This document shows, piece by piece, positions 29,819-40,015 of a stretch of 64,000 nucleotides of DNA. Within the stretch, counting starts at the first letter, position 1. Each line of letters opens with the position of its first letter. The stretch is from a virus, in the IMG/VR virus record IMGVR_UViG_3300042301_002266, positions 1-64,000 of that record, one strand, 5' to 3'. The notes under the pieces are model-generated. The model was not told the origin of the DNA, ran no database searches, and worked only from the letters and a program-made list of their open reading frames with translations. The translations under genes and the position numbers were made by a program.

Positions 29819-30757
29819 ATGAGAGGTTTTTATAGAATTTATAAGGGAGACACTCTTGTATGTGAACAAGATAATGCTTTAACAGTAGTTGGAAGATCCC
29901 TTATCCTTAAAAGTTTGCTAGGTCTTATTCCTTCAGTGGGAGGATCTATTGCTATTGGAGTTGACAGTCAAGCAAATCCAGCACTAAATGCCAATAAGTT
30001 AATTGACCTAAATACAATGGGGTTTTCAATTGGTCAATCCCCAGTACAACTTGCAACATTAAATAGAACAGATAATGTTGATGCCTTAATTTTTAAAACA
30101 ACAATTAACGACCCGTTAAAATACACAATCTATGAGGTTGGTCTTTATCCAGAAGCTATACAAAATCAGATTATTCAATTTTCAGATTTACTTTTATTTA
30201 ATGGAGAAAGCGATGATGGCTGGACGGAGGGAGTAGAAGAACTATCATCAAAAACAACTGGATCAAGAATGATTTCAGAAAACATTGCCAATGGCACATA
30301 CAGGATTGGAAACGAAGCAGTATACATAGATGCTGGATCAACAGTCTTTAGTACCGTATTTTCTAAAAACTTTACAGACTTTAGCGATAAAGATTTACTT
30401 AAACTAGCAGTTGACCCAACAGGTACAAGTGGAACTTTATTAATTAAGTTTGAAACAAATGATACAAACTTTTATTCAAAAACTTTTACAATAGCCTCTG
30501 GAGGATATCAAATATTAAATTGTGCAAAAGATGAAATCCTGGCAACTGGAGCACCTTCATGGGCAAACATAAATAAGATATCAATCACAATGACATCAAC
30601 TGGATTGGTTCTTGATGGAATTAAATTTGATGATACAGATAACGTAGATGTAAACTACGGATTAATTTCTAGAACAGCACTTGCAACACCTATTCAAAAA
30701 TCAGCAGGAGAGCCTATTACAATTGAATATTACTTAGTTTTAGGATTTAATGAATAA
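29819..30757 (+). CDS. Minor tail/baseplate protein
   Basis: N.LT..G, IAIG and IYEVGL motifs of tail-fibre-anchor proteins. Confidence 0.6.
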   Translation: MRGFYRIYKGDTLVCEQDNALTVVGRSLILKSLLGLIPSVGGSIAIGVDSQANPALNANKLIDLNTMGFSIGQSPVQLATLNRTDNVDALIFKTTINDPLKYTIYEVGLYPEAIQNQIIQFSDLLLFNGESDDGWTEGVEELSSKTTGSRMISENIANGTYRIGNEAVYIDAGSTVFSTVFSKNFTDFSDKDLLKLAVDPTGTSGTLLIKFETNDTNFYSKTFTIASGGYQILNCAKDEILATGAPSWANINKISITMTSTGLVLDGIKFDDTDNVDVNYGLISRTALATPIQKSAGEPITIEYYLVLGFNE

Positions 30758-31593
30758 TGGATATTACAATACCAAACTTAAAACCAGGAAAACATAGAGT
30801 TCTTTTAAAATACTCTGATCCATTTTCTGTAACAGATTCTTCATTTAGTAGAGCTTTGTTTATTGAAACACCAAAAGCTCCACCACTTATTTCTAATCCA
30901 GAATTTGCACCTATAGTGACAAAAAAAGTTGTAAAGAAACAAATAACACGAACATACAATGATACTGTTAGATATAGACAAAGATCAAAAAATGTAGTTA
31001 CTTTATGGACTACCGCAAATCACGGTCTTAAAAAAGGAAACAGGATAACTGTATCTGGAATGAATGGAACCGCAGCAGCAAACTTAAATGCAAGTCATGT
31101 AGTTACAACCGTACCAAATTCAAAAATGATTAAGTTTAATAGAAAAGGTACAACTTTTGCTAAAGCTGCAGACACTGGCACCATATCTTTATCTGAAACA
31201 CTAAGTGTTCCAGACTATTTTATAATTAAAACATTTCTTCCAAATAATCTTAAAAATACTTTAGAGTGGACCTCTACTTTAAGAGATGTCGTTTTCTTTT
31301 TATGGGAAGAAGATGACAACCCTGGAGAGCTTTATTATTTAGATTCAGACATATCAAATGGATCAACAGAATTTACCACGACACCCCCAGCATATCCTGT
31401 AGGCATAACTAGAAAAAGAGCCAATGCTGAAACTAGAATTGAGTCTGGAAATTATAAGTTTAGATATGTTATAGTTAGATACTATAAAAATTCTTCAGGA
31501 TCTTGGGTTGGATATTTTCCAATGCTTTTAGGAGATTCTGTAAGTGTATCATCAATTGACGATATTATAGTATCAGCAGCAGGAGTAGCATAA
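30757..31593 (+). CDS. Minor tail protein with a beta module
   Basis: TTANHGLKKGNRITVSG module; translational coupling. Confidence 0.55.
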   Translation: MDITIPNLKPGKHRVLLKYSDPFSVTDSSFSRALFIETPKAPPLISNPEFAPIVTKKVVKKQITRTYNDTVRYRQRSKNVVTLWTTANHGLKKGNRITVSGMNGTAAANLNASHVVTTVPNSKMIKFNRKGTTFAKAADTGTISLSETLSVPDYFIIKTFLPNNLKNTLEWTSTLRDVVFFLWEEDDNPGELYYLDSDISNGSTEFTTTPPAYPVGITRKRANAETRIESGNYKFRYVIVRYYKNSSGSWVGYFPMLLGDSVSVSSIDDIIVSAAGVA

Positions 31594-34500
31594 TGACTAA
31601 TCAAACACAGGACTCTTTAAGCTCTCCACAATCTAGCTACTTAGAAGCAATTTTTGACCCTTTTGATGGATCATCCAAATTACTTTCAACAATTTCTTCT
31701 GCAAACTTTAACGGGGCAATCCCAGACTTAGTTATACAATATCCAGATGCCGTAACAGATGACTTAATTCCAGGAAGATTTTTCTTAATAACAGATACCT
31801 ATTATTTAATTACTAGGGTTGATGAAAATATTGATCCCATAACAACTGATACCATATCTTATAATGTTTGGTATACAGCAGGTGGAGTAGAAAGATATAA
31901 AACTATTTTAAACGGTGTAAAGATATTTACAGACGGAACTGAGCTTCAAATTAGAAAAGATGATTGGGACAATAAATCCATAGGCTCTTCTGGATGGACA
32001 ATAACTACAGAAGGAAACTCGGTATTTTCAAATGTTGCTGTAAGAGGAACCATTGAAGCAACAGATGGTTACTTTGATGGGTTTTTAGTAATTGGTGATC
32101 CAAATGATCCAGAATTCCCAGGATCTATGAAAATTGGAACAAACGTAAATAGTACAAATGATGGTATTTATATTAATGCAAACAACTACTGGTATGATAA
32201 TGGATTGTTCAAGGTTGGTAATGCTACAAAGAATGTTACCTGGAACAATAATGACTTATCAGTAACTGGAGACATAAATGCTACTGGTGGAGTTTTCCAA
32301 GGAAAAATTCAAATAGGTAGCATGTTTCTTGGAGTAGATGCTTCGCCAACATTAGAAAATGGTATCTATATCGATGGAACAAATTATTGGTATGACGATG
32401 GAAACTTTTCGCTGGGAACGGGAACAAACACTATTTCCTTTAATGGGTCTAATATTGTTGTAGGAACTGGTGTTAACATTGCTGGTGAAATTAGTGCTAA
32501 CTCATTGCTTCTTACAAATGGTAGCTTTAGTATGTCTATTAAATCAAACCATACTCCAATCACATCTTCTATAAGAAATATAACAAAAGTAATTTTATCT
32601 GGAACATCTCCTCAATTAGCAGAGTTTACAACATCATCATCTCATCCTTTTGTAGAAGGAGACTTTATTTATGTTTCGGGTTTAAGTAATAGTGGTGGTG
32701 GACTGGGATCATTAAACAAAGTTTTTCAGGTATCTAGTGTAAGCTCAAATACGATAAATGTAAATGCAAGTAGTTCAACAAAAGTGGTAACTGTTAATGC
32801 GGATATTACAGATACAACACTATCTGTAATATCTTCAACTGGAGTTTTTGCAGGTATGGCTGTGTCTGGAACTGGAATACCACCTGGCACTACAGTAGTA
32901 AGTACAACCGCAACAGTAATAACAATATCGAATGATACAACACAAGCATTGTCTGATGCTCCAATTACTTTTTCTCCAATAAATGGTACATATGATTCTA
33001 CTGATACAGGATGGACCAATGGACAAGCAGAATTATCTTATGATGGAATTTATGTAAATCAACACAACTACTGGTATAGCAATGGTTTATTTGGAATTGG
33101 TGATGGAACCAAAGGACTAACTTGGAATGGATCAGCACTAAACGTAACTGGAGTTATTAACGCCTCAGCTGGTGGAACTATGGCAGGATGGGAAATTGGA
33201 ACAGATGAAATCTTTAAAGGAACTGGATCATCAAAGATTGCATTAAATGCAGGTGCAAACCCTAAAATATATATAGGTTCAGGATTTCACTCTAGTGCAG
33301 GTACAGGATTCTATGTAGATTCAACAGGTAAGTTTTCATTGTCAAACCTACTTACTTTTAGTCCAAGTGTTGATATTCCAGAAGCTACTACTACAGGAAC
33401 ATTTAATAGTGGAACAAATACAATAACTGTGACTAGTGCATCTGGAATTGTAAGAGGCATGACGGTTCTTGGAACTGGCATAGCATCAAACTCAACAGTA
33501 ACTAATATATCTGGAACAACAATTACTACTAGCAATAATGCAATTGCAAATGGTACAGGAGTTTCTTTAACATTTATTCTTGATGATTTCTCAGAACTTC
33601 AAGTAAATGGAAGAATTAAGGGCGTTTTAGAATCAACAAGCTCAATTGTAACACCAAGGCTTGCTACCACCGCAACCTCTGTGGTAGTTTCAGGATCTGT
33701 AGGATCTCAAATTGCAACAATAACAACAACAGGTCATGCATTTATTACAGGTGAAAAGATATTAATTGAAAATCTTCCAGCAACTAATGGATTAAATAAT
33801 CTTAACAGAGAGTTTGCTATTTTATCAATTACTGATAGTATAACACTTGTAATAAGTTTATCAGGTATAACTGGAGTAACTAGCTCAACAAATACCAGCC
33901 TAACAGGATCAATAACTTTAAGAGAACTCACAATGGGTCTTCATCCCGCTCAAGGCACAGAATCGTATGCACATAACGCTGGAACAGGAATTAGGCTCGA
34001 TAAGTTTAACTGGTGGTTTACAAATAATCAATTTAGAGTTGGCTCAGTAGATTCATATATTAAATGGACAACAGATCCTACCCCACTCCTTGACGTGGTT
34101 GGTCAAATTAGGGCTACCTCAGGGTATTTAGGTGGGACTGAAGATGGATGGTTAATAGAAACTGGTGTTATTAAGTCTAGTGGTTCTGGAAGTCCAGACT
34201 CTCAAGTGCACCTAGAATCTGGAAACAATGATAACAATCCAAAAATTTATATTGGACCAGACGGTGGTCAGTGGAATGATATAGATACTCCATTTTATGT
34301 AAATTCACAAGGAGAATTTTCGGTTGGTTCTGGAGACTCTTCTTTAACTTATGAGCCAGGAATTGGTGGTAAAGGTTTAATTACGGTAACTGGTAAAGTT
34401 CAGGCATCTGCTGGATATATTGGAGGCAAGGCTCTTGGATGGCAGTTTGGAAGCAACGGAATTCTACAAACTGGAGAAGGAGCAGGAAGACTGGCTCTAG

Positions 34501-36308
34501 CATCATCCGTAACACAGTTTTCTGGTGGATTGGCATCGATTAATATTCAAAGAATTATTGTTGATGATGAGTTTGAAGACTATGAAGAAAATTTTGCTTC
34601 TCTTTACGTTACGGTAGCAACATCAGGTTTTTCTGCAGGGCTGCAAGCACAATTGCCAGATATATTATTTGACACAATTATGAAATTTGATTTTCAGTTA
34701 CTTCCAACAAGCAACTTAAAAACACTTTTGGATGGAAAGAGCATCCCAGTTACTGATGTTCTTGAACAACAAAGAGTATTTTTTGTAAAAGAAATAGATA
34801 ATTATGATCCAGATGGTGGTTTTCCAGAAATAAGTTCGCCACAAGCTGCTGTAGATATTTATCCAGTATATGGATCTGCAACAACAACCCAGCTTTTCTT
34901 ATATTTTACAGAAATATTTACAGATGATGAGTTTACAACTTCTACTGGAGGTTTAGCAGTAGGTAATACCGTTGTGCTTGAATCAGGGGTGCTTCCTGGA
35001 GTAGCAGCTGGAAACTATGTAATTGCAGGAATTGGAACACAAGACCTTGATGAAGGAGTAATTTTATATGGAGAGCCTGATGAGTACAATGCAAGATTTG
35101 GAAGGCTTACCTTAACAAGAAGTGGAAGTGCAATATCTTTACAGGAAACGGGTGAAGGGGGTCTTACCCTGTTAGATACTCCTGGATACTATACGCTAGT
35201 GTTTTACCCAGAAGACTCTGGCATTATTGTTCACGATTCAGGCACAGAAGGATTTTATTCTTACACCACAACAAAGCCAAAATTATCATTTTATGATGAA
35301 TTGGCAGAAGTTCTTACATCAGATGGATACTATTACATGTGGGCAGGTGCAGATGATCCAGATCTAGCTTCATTTGCAATTAAAAAGTCCAATGCCGTGG
35401 GAGCAGATAATCTTACAATTCAGAATAAATCTTTGGGTCAAAGTTACGCATCCCAAGCATTAGAAACAACATTTGCTCCGTTTACAGCAAAAGCAACTGG
35501 AATATCAGGATCTAGTTTTGTTCCAATGGTAAAATCAAGAGTAGGTGGTGCAACAAAAACAAGAATATCTGTTTTAGGACAAATACATAACACAGATAAC
35601 ACAATTCATACAGTATTACATAATTTAAATAGCAGTGGAACAGAAGATCATAAATTCTATTTTAGAAATGATGGAATTTTACAAGCACCAGAATTTTTAG
35701 GAAAGGGTGCTGTTCCAGTAGGATCTATTGTTATGTGGTATACAGCAACACCACCTACAGGATGGTTATTGTGTAATGGTCAAGCAGTTGATTCAGGATT
35801 GTATCCATCACTTCGTGCAATAATGGCAACAACACCAGACCTAAGAGGAAGATTCCCAGTAGGATCTGGTGGAACTACGGGGGAGGTTGTAGCCAATCTT
35901 GGAACGATAGGTGGTGCTGTTAGTGCAACATACACAACTGTAACAGCACACTCACATACACTTAATGCATTTAACGTAAGCATTACAGAAGGAACAATTG
36001 CTACTAATAATACAAACCACAGCCACGGCGTAGTTGGTAACTCTTCTATTGCAGGAAATACCGATGCTGGCTCAAGAGGAATTAGCGGAACAACTATTTT
36101 AACTCCTACTGTTAACCACGCTCACGGAGACGGAAACTATGGAACAACTTCTGCAGGTGGAACAGATGACACAGATCATAGCCATGGCATTAATGCATTT
36201 ACTGGTTCTATTACAGAGGGAACAAACGATAATAATACGGCAGCAACATCTACAGTTGCAACAGTTCCACCATATGTTGCTGTAAACTTTATTATTTATG
36301 CAGGATAG
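31593..36308 (+). CDS. Tail fibre/receptor-binding protein with a C-terminal tail-collar domain
   Basis: DGIY...NYWY repeats; collar motif VPVGSIVMW...GWLLCNG...PDLRGRFPVG; four HxH motifs; ends PPYVAVNFII. Confidence 0.8.
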   Translation: MTNQTQDSLSSPQSSYLEAIFDPFDGSSKLLSTISSANFNGAIPDLVIQYPDAVTDDLIPGRFFLITDTYYLITRVDENIDPITTDTISYNVWYTAGGVERYKTILNGVKIFTDGTELQIRKDDWDNKSIGSSGWTITTEGNSVFSNVAVRGTIEATDGYFDGFLVIGDPNDPEFPGSMKIGTNVNSTNDGIYINANNYWYDNGLFKVGNATKNVTWNNNDLSVTGDINATGGVFQGKIQIGSMFLGVDASPTLENGIYIDGTNYWYDDGNFSLGTGTNTISFNGSNIVVGTGVNIAGEISANSLLLTNGSFSMSIKSNHTPITSSIRNITKVILSGTSPQLAEFTTSSSHPFVEGDFIYVSGLSNSGGGLGSLNKVFQVSSVSSNTINVNASSSTKVVTVNADITDTTLSVISSTGVFAGMAVSGTGIPPGTTVVSTTATVITISNDTTQALSDAPITFSPINGTYDSTDTGWTNGQAELSYDGIYVNQHNYWYSNGLFGIGDGTKGLTWNGSALNVTGVINASAGGTMAGWEIGTDEIFKGTGSSKIALNAGANPKIYIGSGFHSSAGTGFYVDSTGKFSLSNLLTFSPSVDIPEATTTGTFNSGTNTITVTSASGIVRGMTVLGTGIASNSTVTNISGTTITTSNNAIANGTGVSLTFILDDFSELQVNGRIKGVLESTSSIVTPRLATTATSVVVSGSVGSQIATITTTGHAFITGEKILIENLPATNGLNNLNREFAILSITDSITLVISLSGITGVTSSTNTSLTGSITLRELTMGLHPAQGTESYAHNAGTGIRLDKFNWWFTNNQFRVGSVDSYIKWTTDPTPLLDVVGQIRATSGYLGGTEDGWLIETGVIKSSGSGSPDSQVHLESGNNDNNPKIYIGPDGGQWNDIDTPFYVNSQGEFSVGSGDSSLTYEPGIGGKGLITVTGKVQASAGYIGGKALGWQFGSNGILQTGEGAGRLALASSVTQFSGGLASINIQRIIVDDEFEDYEENFASLYVTVATSGFSAGLQAQLPDILFDTIMKFDFQLLPTSNLKTLLDGKSIPVTDVLEQQRVFFVKEIDNYDPDGGFPEISSPQAAVDIYPVYGSATTTQLFLYFTEIFTDDEFTTSTGGLAVGNTVVLESGVLPGVAAGNYVIAGIGTQDLDEGVILYGEPDEYNARFGRLTLTRSGSAISLQETGEGGLTLLDTPGYYTLVFYPEDSGIIVHDSGTEGFYSYTTTKPKLSFYDELAEVLTSDGYYYMWAGADDPDLASFAIKKSNAVGADNLTIQNKSLGQSYASQALETTFAPFTAKATGISGSSFVPMVKSRVGGATKTRISVLGQIHNTDNTIHTVLHNLNSSGTEDHKFYFRNDGILQAPEFLGKGAVPVGSIVMWYTATPPTGWLLCNGQAVDSGLYPSLRAIMATTPDLRGRFPVGSGGTTGEVVANLGTIGGAVSATYTTVTAHSHTLNAFNVSITEGTIATNNTNHSHGVVGNSSIAGNTDAGSRGISGTTILTPTVNHAHGDGNYGTTSAGGTDDTDHSHGINAFTGSITEGTNDNNTAATSTVATVPPYVAVNFIIYAG

Positions 36309-36317
36309 GAGGAAAAA

Positions 36318-36542
36318 ATGAATAAAGAAGATAAGTTATTATTTTTAAACAAACAGTTAGAATTTAATAATTCAGAAAAAGAAACTTACTACGGTATTTT
36401 TAATTATTTTGAAGGAGTACCACATGAAGATATTCCATGGTTTTATCTTGACTTTAACCAAGTAAAGGATCAAATAATTGAATCTTTAGAGTCAAAACAC
36501 GTTTGGCTACAAGAAAGAATTCAAGAAATAGAAGCAGAATAA
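36318..36542 (+). CDS. Small protein, possibly a fibre assembly chaperone
   Basis: GGAGG SD; directly follows the fibre gene. Confidence 0.5.
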   Translation: MNKEDKLLFLNKQLEFNNSEKETYYGIFNYFEGVPHEDIPWFYLDFNQVKDQIIESLESKHVWLQERIQEIEAE

Positions 36543-36546
36543 AGGG

Positions 36547-36575
36547 TTGCAGAAACACTTTATAAATGATATAAT
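36547..36575 (+). promoter_or_regulatory. SigA-type promoter
   Basis: TTGCAG-17 nt-TATAAT with TG extension. Confidence 0.6.
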
Positions 36576-36599
36576 GTACAAGAGACAAAGGAGACAGTA

Positions 36600-36764
36600 A
36601 TGTCAAAAACACTGGAACTAGTAGTACAAGAACTGCAAAGCAGAATTGGACAAATGACTAGTAATTATGAAACACAAATGGCTGTGCTTAAGGCACAAGC
36701 AACAGAGGCACTTGAGGCAAAGGATGCAGAAATTGCAAGTCTCAAGGAATCTAAAGGAGAATAA
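36600..36764 (+). CDS. Small coiled-coil protein (54 aa, not in ORF track)
   Basis: AAGGAG SD; MSKTLELVVQELQSRIGQ...KESKGE*. Confidence 0.7.
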   Translation: MSKTLELVVQELQSRIGQMTSNYETQMAVLKAQATEALEAKDAEIASLKESKGE

Positions 36765-36769
36765 ATTTA

Positions 36770-37228
36770 ATGGCAGCACAACTAAGTGACGGACAACCAA
36801 TTACTTTTGAGTGGTTGAATAGTCTTGTGTCTGAAATTAATACCTTGCAATCACAACTTGCAGCTAACACTAAAGCAGATGCAGAGAACAGGGCAAGACC
36901 AATTACATATGCTGGAGATGCAATAGCCTCTGCAGGTAAAATTAAAGTAATTGCTGATCAACAAAAAATTGGTGATGCTAGAAAATCTAAAGCAGCATTT
37001 AATGCATACGTTGACTTCCCTGGAAATGGTTTTAAAGATGCAAGTGTAATTGTTGTTGCTACTGCAGATATGCGTAAGAACAAAACATCAGCAGAGCAAC
37101 TTGCTGTATCAGTAGCTAATGTTACAAAAAATGGTTTTACATGTACAGTTACTCCAATTGACGGTGAATCGCTAAAAGCAGGACAGGATGTAATTATTAA
37201 TTACATTGCGGTTGGGGATGCTCCATAA
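36770..37228 (+). CDS. Structural protein with a C-terminal H-type-lectin/gp53-like domain
   Basis: V.F...F....VVAT...NVT.NGF...INYIAVG pattern. Confidence 0.5.
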   Translation: MAAQLSDGQPITFEWLNSLVSEINTLQSQLAANTKADAENRARPITYAGDAIASAGKIKVIADQQKIGDARKSKAAFNAYVDFPGNGFKDASVIVVATADMRKNKTSAEQLAVSVANVTKNGFTCTVTPIDGESLKAGQDVIINYIAVGDAP

Positions 37229-37694
37229 AATACTAAATGGTTATGTTTTGGTAAAAGAGCCAAAACATCCAAAAGCCTTGCATGGAGGCTGGTATTTTGA
37301 GCACGTTATAAATATAGAAAAAGAACTTGGAAGATACTTAAAAGAGTATGAATCCGTTCACCATATAAATGAAATAAAAACAGATAACAGAACAGATAAT
37401 CTTTTTGTTTGTCATAGGGAAGAGCATGATAAAGCTCACGGAATGAAAAATGTATCCTTATACAGAATGCATGAAACTTGGGTTGGAAAACAATGTGAGT
37501 CCTGTGGCAAAACATTTTATGGCACACCAAGTGTTATGAAAAAAAGAAAAAGATGTAACTCTATGTGCAAATCTAAAAAAACTATTGATAAAATTTGCTC
37601 ACACTGTTACACTAGTTACACTATACCTGCATCTGCAGATAAGCACTACAAGTATTGCTCTAAGGTTTGTCGCCTTAGAGCCAAAGCTGCGTAA
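37218..37694 (+). CDS. HNH endonuclease with zinc ribbons (putative homing endonuclease)
   Basis: EH...E..LGR.L...E.VHHINEIKTDNR..NL...EH motif followed by CxxC repeats. Confidence 0.85.
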   Translation: MLHKILNGYVLVKEPKHPKALHGGWYFEHVINIEKELGRYLKEYESVHHINEIKTDNRTDNLFVCHREEHDKAHGMKNVSLYRMHETWVGKQCESCGKTFYGTPSVMKKRKRCNSMCKSKKTIDKICSHCYTSYTIPASADKHYKYCSKVCRLRAKAA

Positions 37695-37709
37695 ACAGAA
37701 AGGTTTACA

Positions 37710-38519
37710 ATGACAAACGATTTAAAGTGGATGATATCATCCGATCAGCAATTCCCATATCAAGATGATAAAATGATTGAGTTATGGTTTAAGGTAATGA
37801 GATGGTTTAAGCCAGACGTTGTTGATTACTTAGGTGATACTGACGATCAGGCTTGCTATAGCAAGTACACAGAAGGACGGTCAGCAGAGTTTTTAAAGAT
37901 GCACAAGGATAACAATGGCGATGCTATTGTTCCTCTTATGAAGCATGAAGCAAAACTAGCAAGAGATTTCTACACTAAGACACGCAAGGTTGCTAAAAAT
38001 GCACAGCTATTTTCTGCACTTGGAAATCATGATATTCGTGTGTTTGATTATGTAGATGCAAAGTTACCAGATTATATTGAAGTAACTACACCAGAAAGTT
38101 TGTGGAACCTGGATAGTCTTGGATATGATTACATCTATTACAACCAACCACCTGCTCATAGGTTTGGAGATATTCACGTTCATCATGGTAACGCTATTTC
38201 ACAAAATGCAGGTGAGTCAGTTCGTAAAGATGTAGATAACTTTGGCGTATCTTTAATTCGTGGACACTCTCATCGTGCAGGTGTATACTTTAATACCTAT
38301 GAACTTAGAAACGGTGGTAAGGGTGAAACCTTACGAGGTTATGAGATTGGTCATATGTGTGATGAAAAATCTACAGGAATGATGTATACAAATAATCATA
38401 ACTGGCAGAAAGCATTTGCTATTGCTCACATTGAAAATGGTAATTATCCACACATTCAACTAGTTCATGTATCACCAGACTACTCTTGTATCGTTGATGG
38501 AAAGATGTTTAAAGTATAA
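37710..38519 (+). CDS. Calcineurin-like metallophosphoesterase
   Basis: SDQQ, GDTDD, GNHD, HHG and GHSHR motifs. Confidence 0.85.
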   Translation: MTNDLKWMISSDQQFPYQDDKMIELWFKVMRWFKPDVVDYLGDTDDQACYSKYTEGRSAEFLKMHKDNNGDAIVPLMKHEAKLARDFYTKTRKVAKNAQLFSALGNHDIRVFDYVDAKLPDYIEVTTPESLWNLDSLGYDYIYYNQPPAHRFGDIHVHHGNAISQNAGESVRKDVDNFGVSLIRGHSHRAGVYFNTYELRNGGKGETLRGYEIGHMCDEKSTGMMYTNNHNWQKAFAIAHIENGNYPHIQLVHVSPDYSCIVDGKMFKV

Positions 38520-38539
38520 CTTTACGCTATAATTTAACA

Positions 38540-38752
38540 ATGTGGTGTAAAGTATGCAATGGCAGGGTGCTTGTTGATAGAGTTTTTAGTTCTGAAACAC
38601 ATATAGAATTATATTGTTTTACATGTGGAAAAAGATGGATCTTTAATCACCCCCAAAATAGAGGAAGTTTTGCAGTATGGATATGGAAAAAAGAAAGAGA
38701 AGTCCTAAAGCTTTCAGCGATGGGCAGTTGGTCAAGAAAAACCACAATTTAA
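38540..38752 (+). CDS. Small zinc-finger protein
   Basis: CKVC...CFTC; leaderless -10. Confidence 0.65.
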   Translation: MWCKVCNGRVLVDRVFSSETHIELYCFTCGKRWIFNHPQNRGSFAVWIWKKEREVLKLSAMGSWSRKTTI

Positions 38753-39219
38753 TATTCTTTCTTAATGGAGAATTACATAGGGTTGTTAGGACTAATGCCT
38801 CTGCAAACATTTGCCACGCACTTAACTATAATCAAAACAAGATAGTTAAATATACTTACAGTGACTACAAGAAGTTTAGAAAGCCAGCATTTAGAATCGG
38901 TGAGGTAGCCAGTATTCTAAAAAGACATGAAGATAGAATTAGAAGAGCCATTTGGAACCTAGATGTTTCCAGACCATTTATTGTAGAGTATGAAAATAGA
39001 AGTGGCGTATATTACTTTTCTGAAGAAAACATTTATGAGTTAAGAGAATTCTTTGCAAATGTTCATCGTGGCAGACCAAGAAAAGATGGCATAGTTGTAT
39101 CAAAGAATGTCCCAACGGTATCTGAGATAGATGCTGTACTGGGCAAGAAACCAATTTTATATATGAGAACGAAAGAAGGAAACTTTGTTCCAGTTTGGAG
39201 TGCTGAAGAATATGAGTAA
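38677..39219 (+). CDS. MerR-like HTH DNA-binding protein with an AT-hook-like RGRPRK
   Basis: FRIGEVASILKRH..RIR motif. Confidence 0.65.
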   Translation: MDMEKRKRSPKAFSDGQLVKKNHNLIFFLNGELHRVVRTNASANICHALNYNQNKIVKYTYSDYKKFRKPAFRIGEVASILKRHEDRIRRAIWNLDVSRPFIVEYENRSGVYYFSEENIYELREFFANVHRGRPRKDGIVVSKNVPTVSEIDAVLGKKPILYMRTKEGNFVPVWSAEEYE

Positions 39220-39532
39220 ACATAAGAAGAAAAACAAAGACAAAGAAGAAGTGTTGACAATAACTCAAGACTATGCAATAATTAACGCAGCAAGCTCTTT
39301 ACTATACGCTGAGGAACTAGCAAGACTAAATGCAGATACTGAAATGCTATTAGCAATATCAGATAGATGGCTTAATGTCTCTAAGGTTCTTGTACTTGAA
39401 GAAGAGTTTTCTAGGAACAAAGCATTTGGCTTTGTTGGATCAATGGAAGAAAGTGAATTAAATGGAGAAATCGGTACAGAAAGATCTGACACGGGTAAAG
39501 GTAGATCTAAAGTTCGTAAAAAATCTAGGTAA
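39212..39532 (+). CDS. Hypothetical protein
   Basis: Coupled ORF in the replication operon. Confidence 0.55.
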   Translation: MSKHKKKNKDKEEVLTITQDYAIINAASSLLYAEELARLNADTEMLLAISDRWLNVSKVLVLEEEFSRNKAFGFVGSMEESELNGEIGTERSDTGKGRSKVRKKSR

Positions 39533-39683
39533 CTATGAAAGCATTCACATTGACATTGGTGTAGATGATTTCGTTCGTGACATTGATGCTAACACAGATG
39601 CTGCAGTAGATCGTATCTATGAATTTGTTTCATCAAAGCTTGTAGAAAAAGTTCAAGAAATTGAAAAGGATCTTGGTAAGTGA
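39462..39683 (+). CDS. Hypothetical protein (NLGNYES motif)
   Basis: NLGNYESI motif that I recognise from other phage proteins. Confidence 0.65.
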   Translation: MEKSVQKDLTRVKVDLKFVKNLGNYESIHIDIGVDDFVRDIDANTDAAVDRIYEFVSSKLVEKVQEIEKDLGK

Positions 39684-40015
39684 CAAAAGAATCGGTAGGT
39701 GCTGCTTTTGGCATCCTTGCTCATTATGAAAAGTGTTACGAGAATAAGTATGGCAAGAAACCATCTTTAAATAAGTACAAAGAAAAGTGGGGAGCCATAT
39801 CTTTGTTAGATGACTATGGCAAAGAAAAAGTAACTAAGGGTATTGAATATTACTTTAAGTTAAATAAAGATGGTCATCCTTTAGGTTGGCTATTCAATAA
39901 TTTTGATGTAGTGTATAATTCTTATGAATCAAACATTAGAGATGAACAATTAAGAGCAGAACGTAGAGCACAAACAGCAAAGTTGAAGCAGGAGTTTTTT
40001 AATGGGAATGCGTGA
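39680..40015 (+). CDS. Hypothetical protein, possibly a helicase loader/replication protein
   Basis: Directly upstream of dnaB. Confidence 0.5.
   Translation: MTKESVGAAFGILAHYEKCYENKYGKKPSLNKYKEKWGAISLLDDYGKEKVTKGIEYYFKLNKDGHPLGWLFNNFDVVYNSYESNIRDEQLRAERRAQTAKLKQEFFNGNA

Noticed and set aside
31593-36308. Diversity-generating retroelement acting on the fibre
   Set aside because: No reverse transcriptase and no near-identical template/variable repeat pair differing at adenines was seen in the window.
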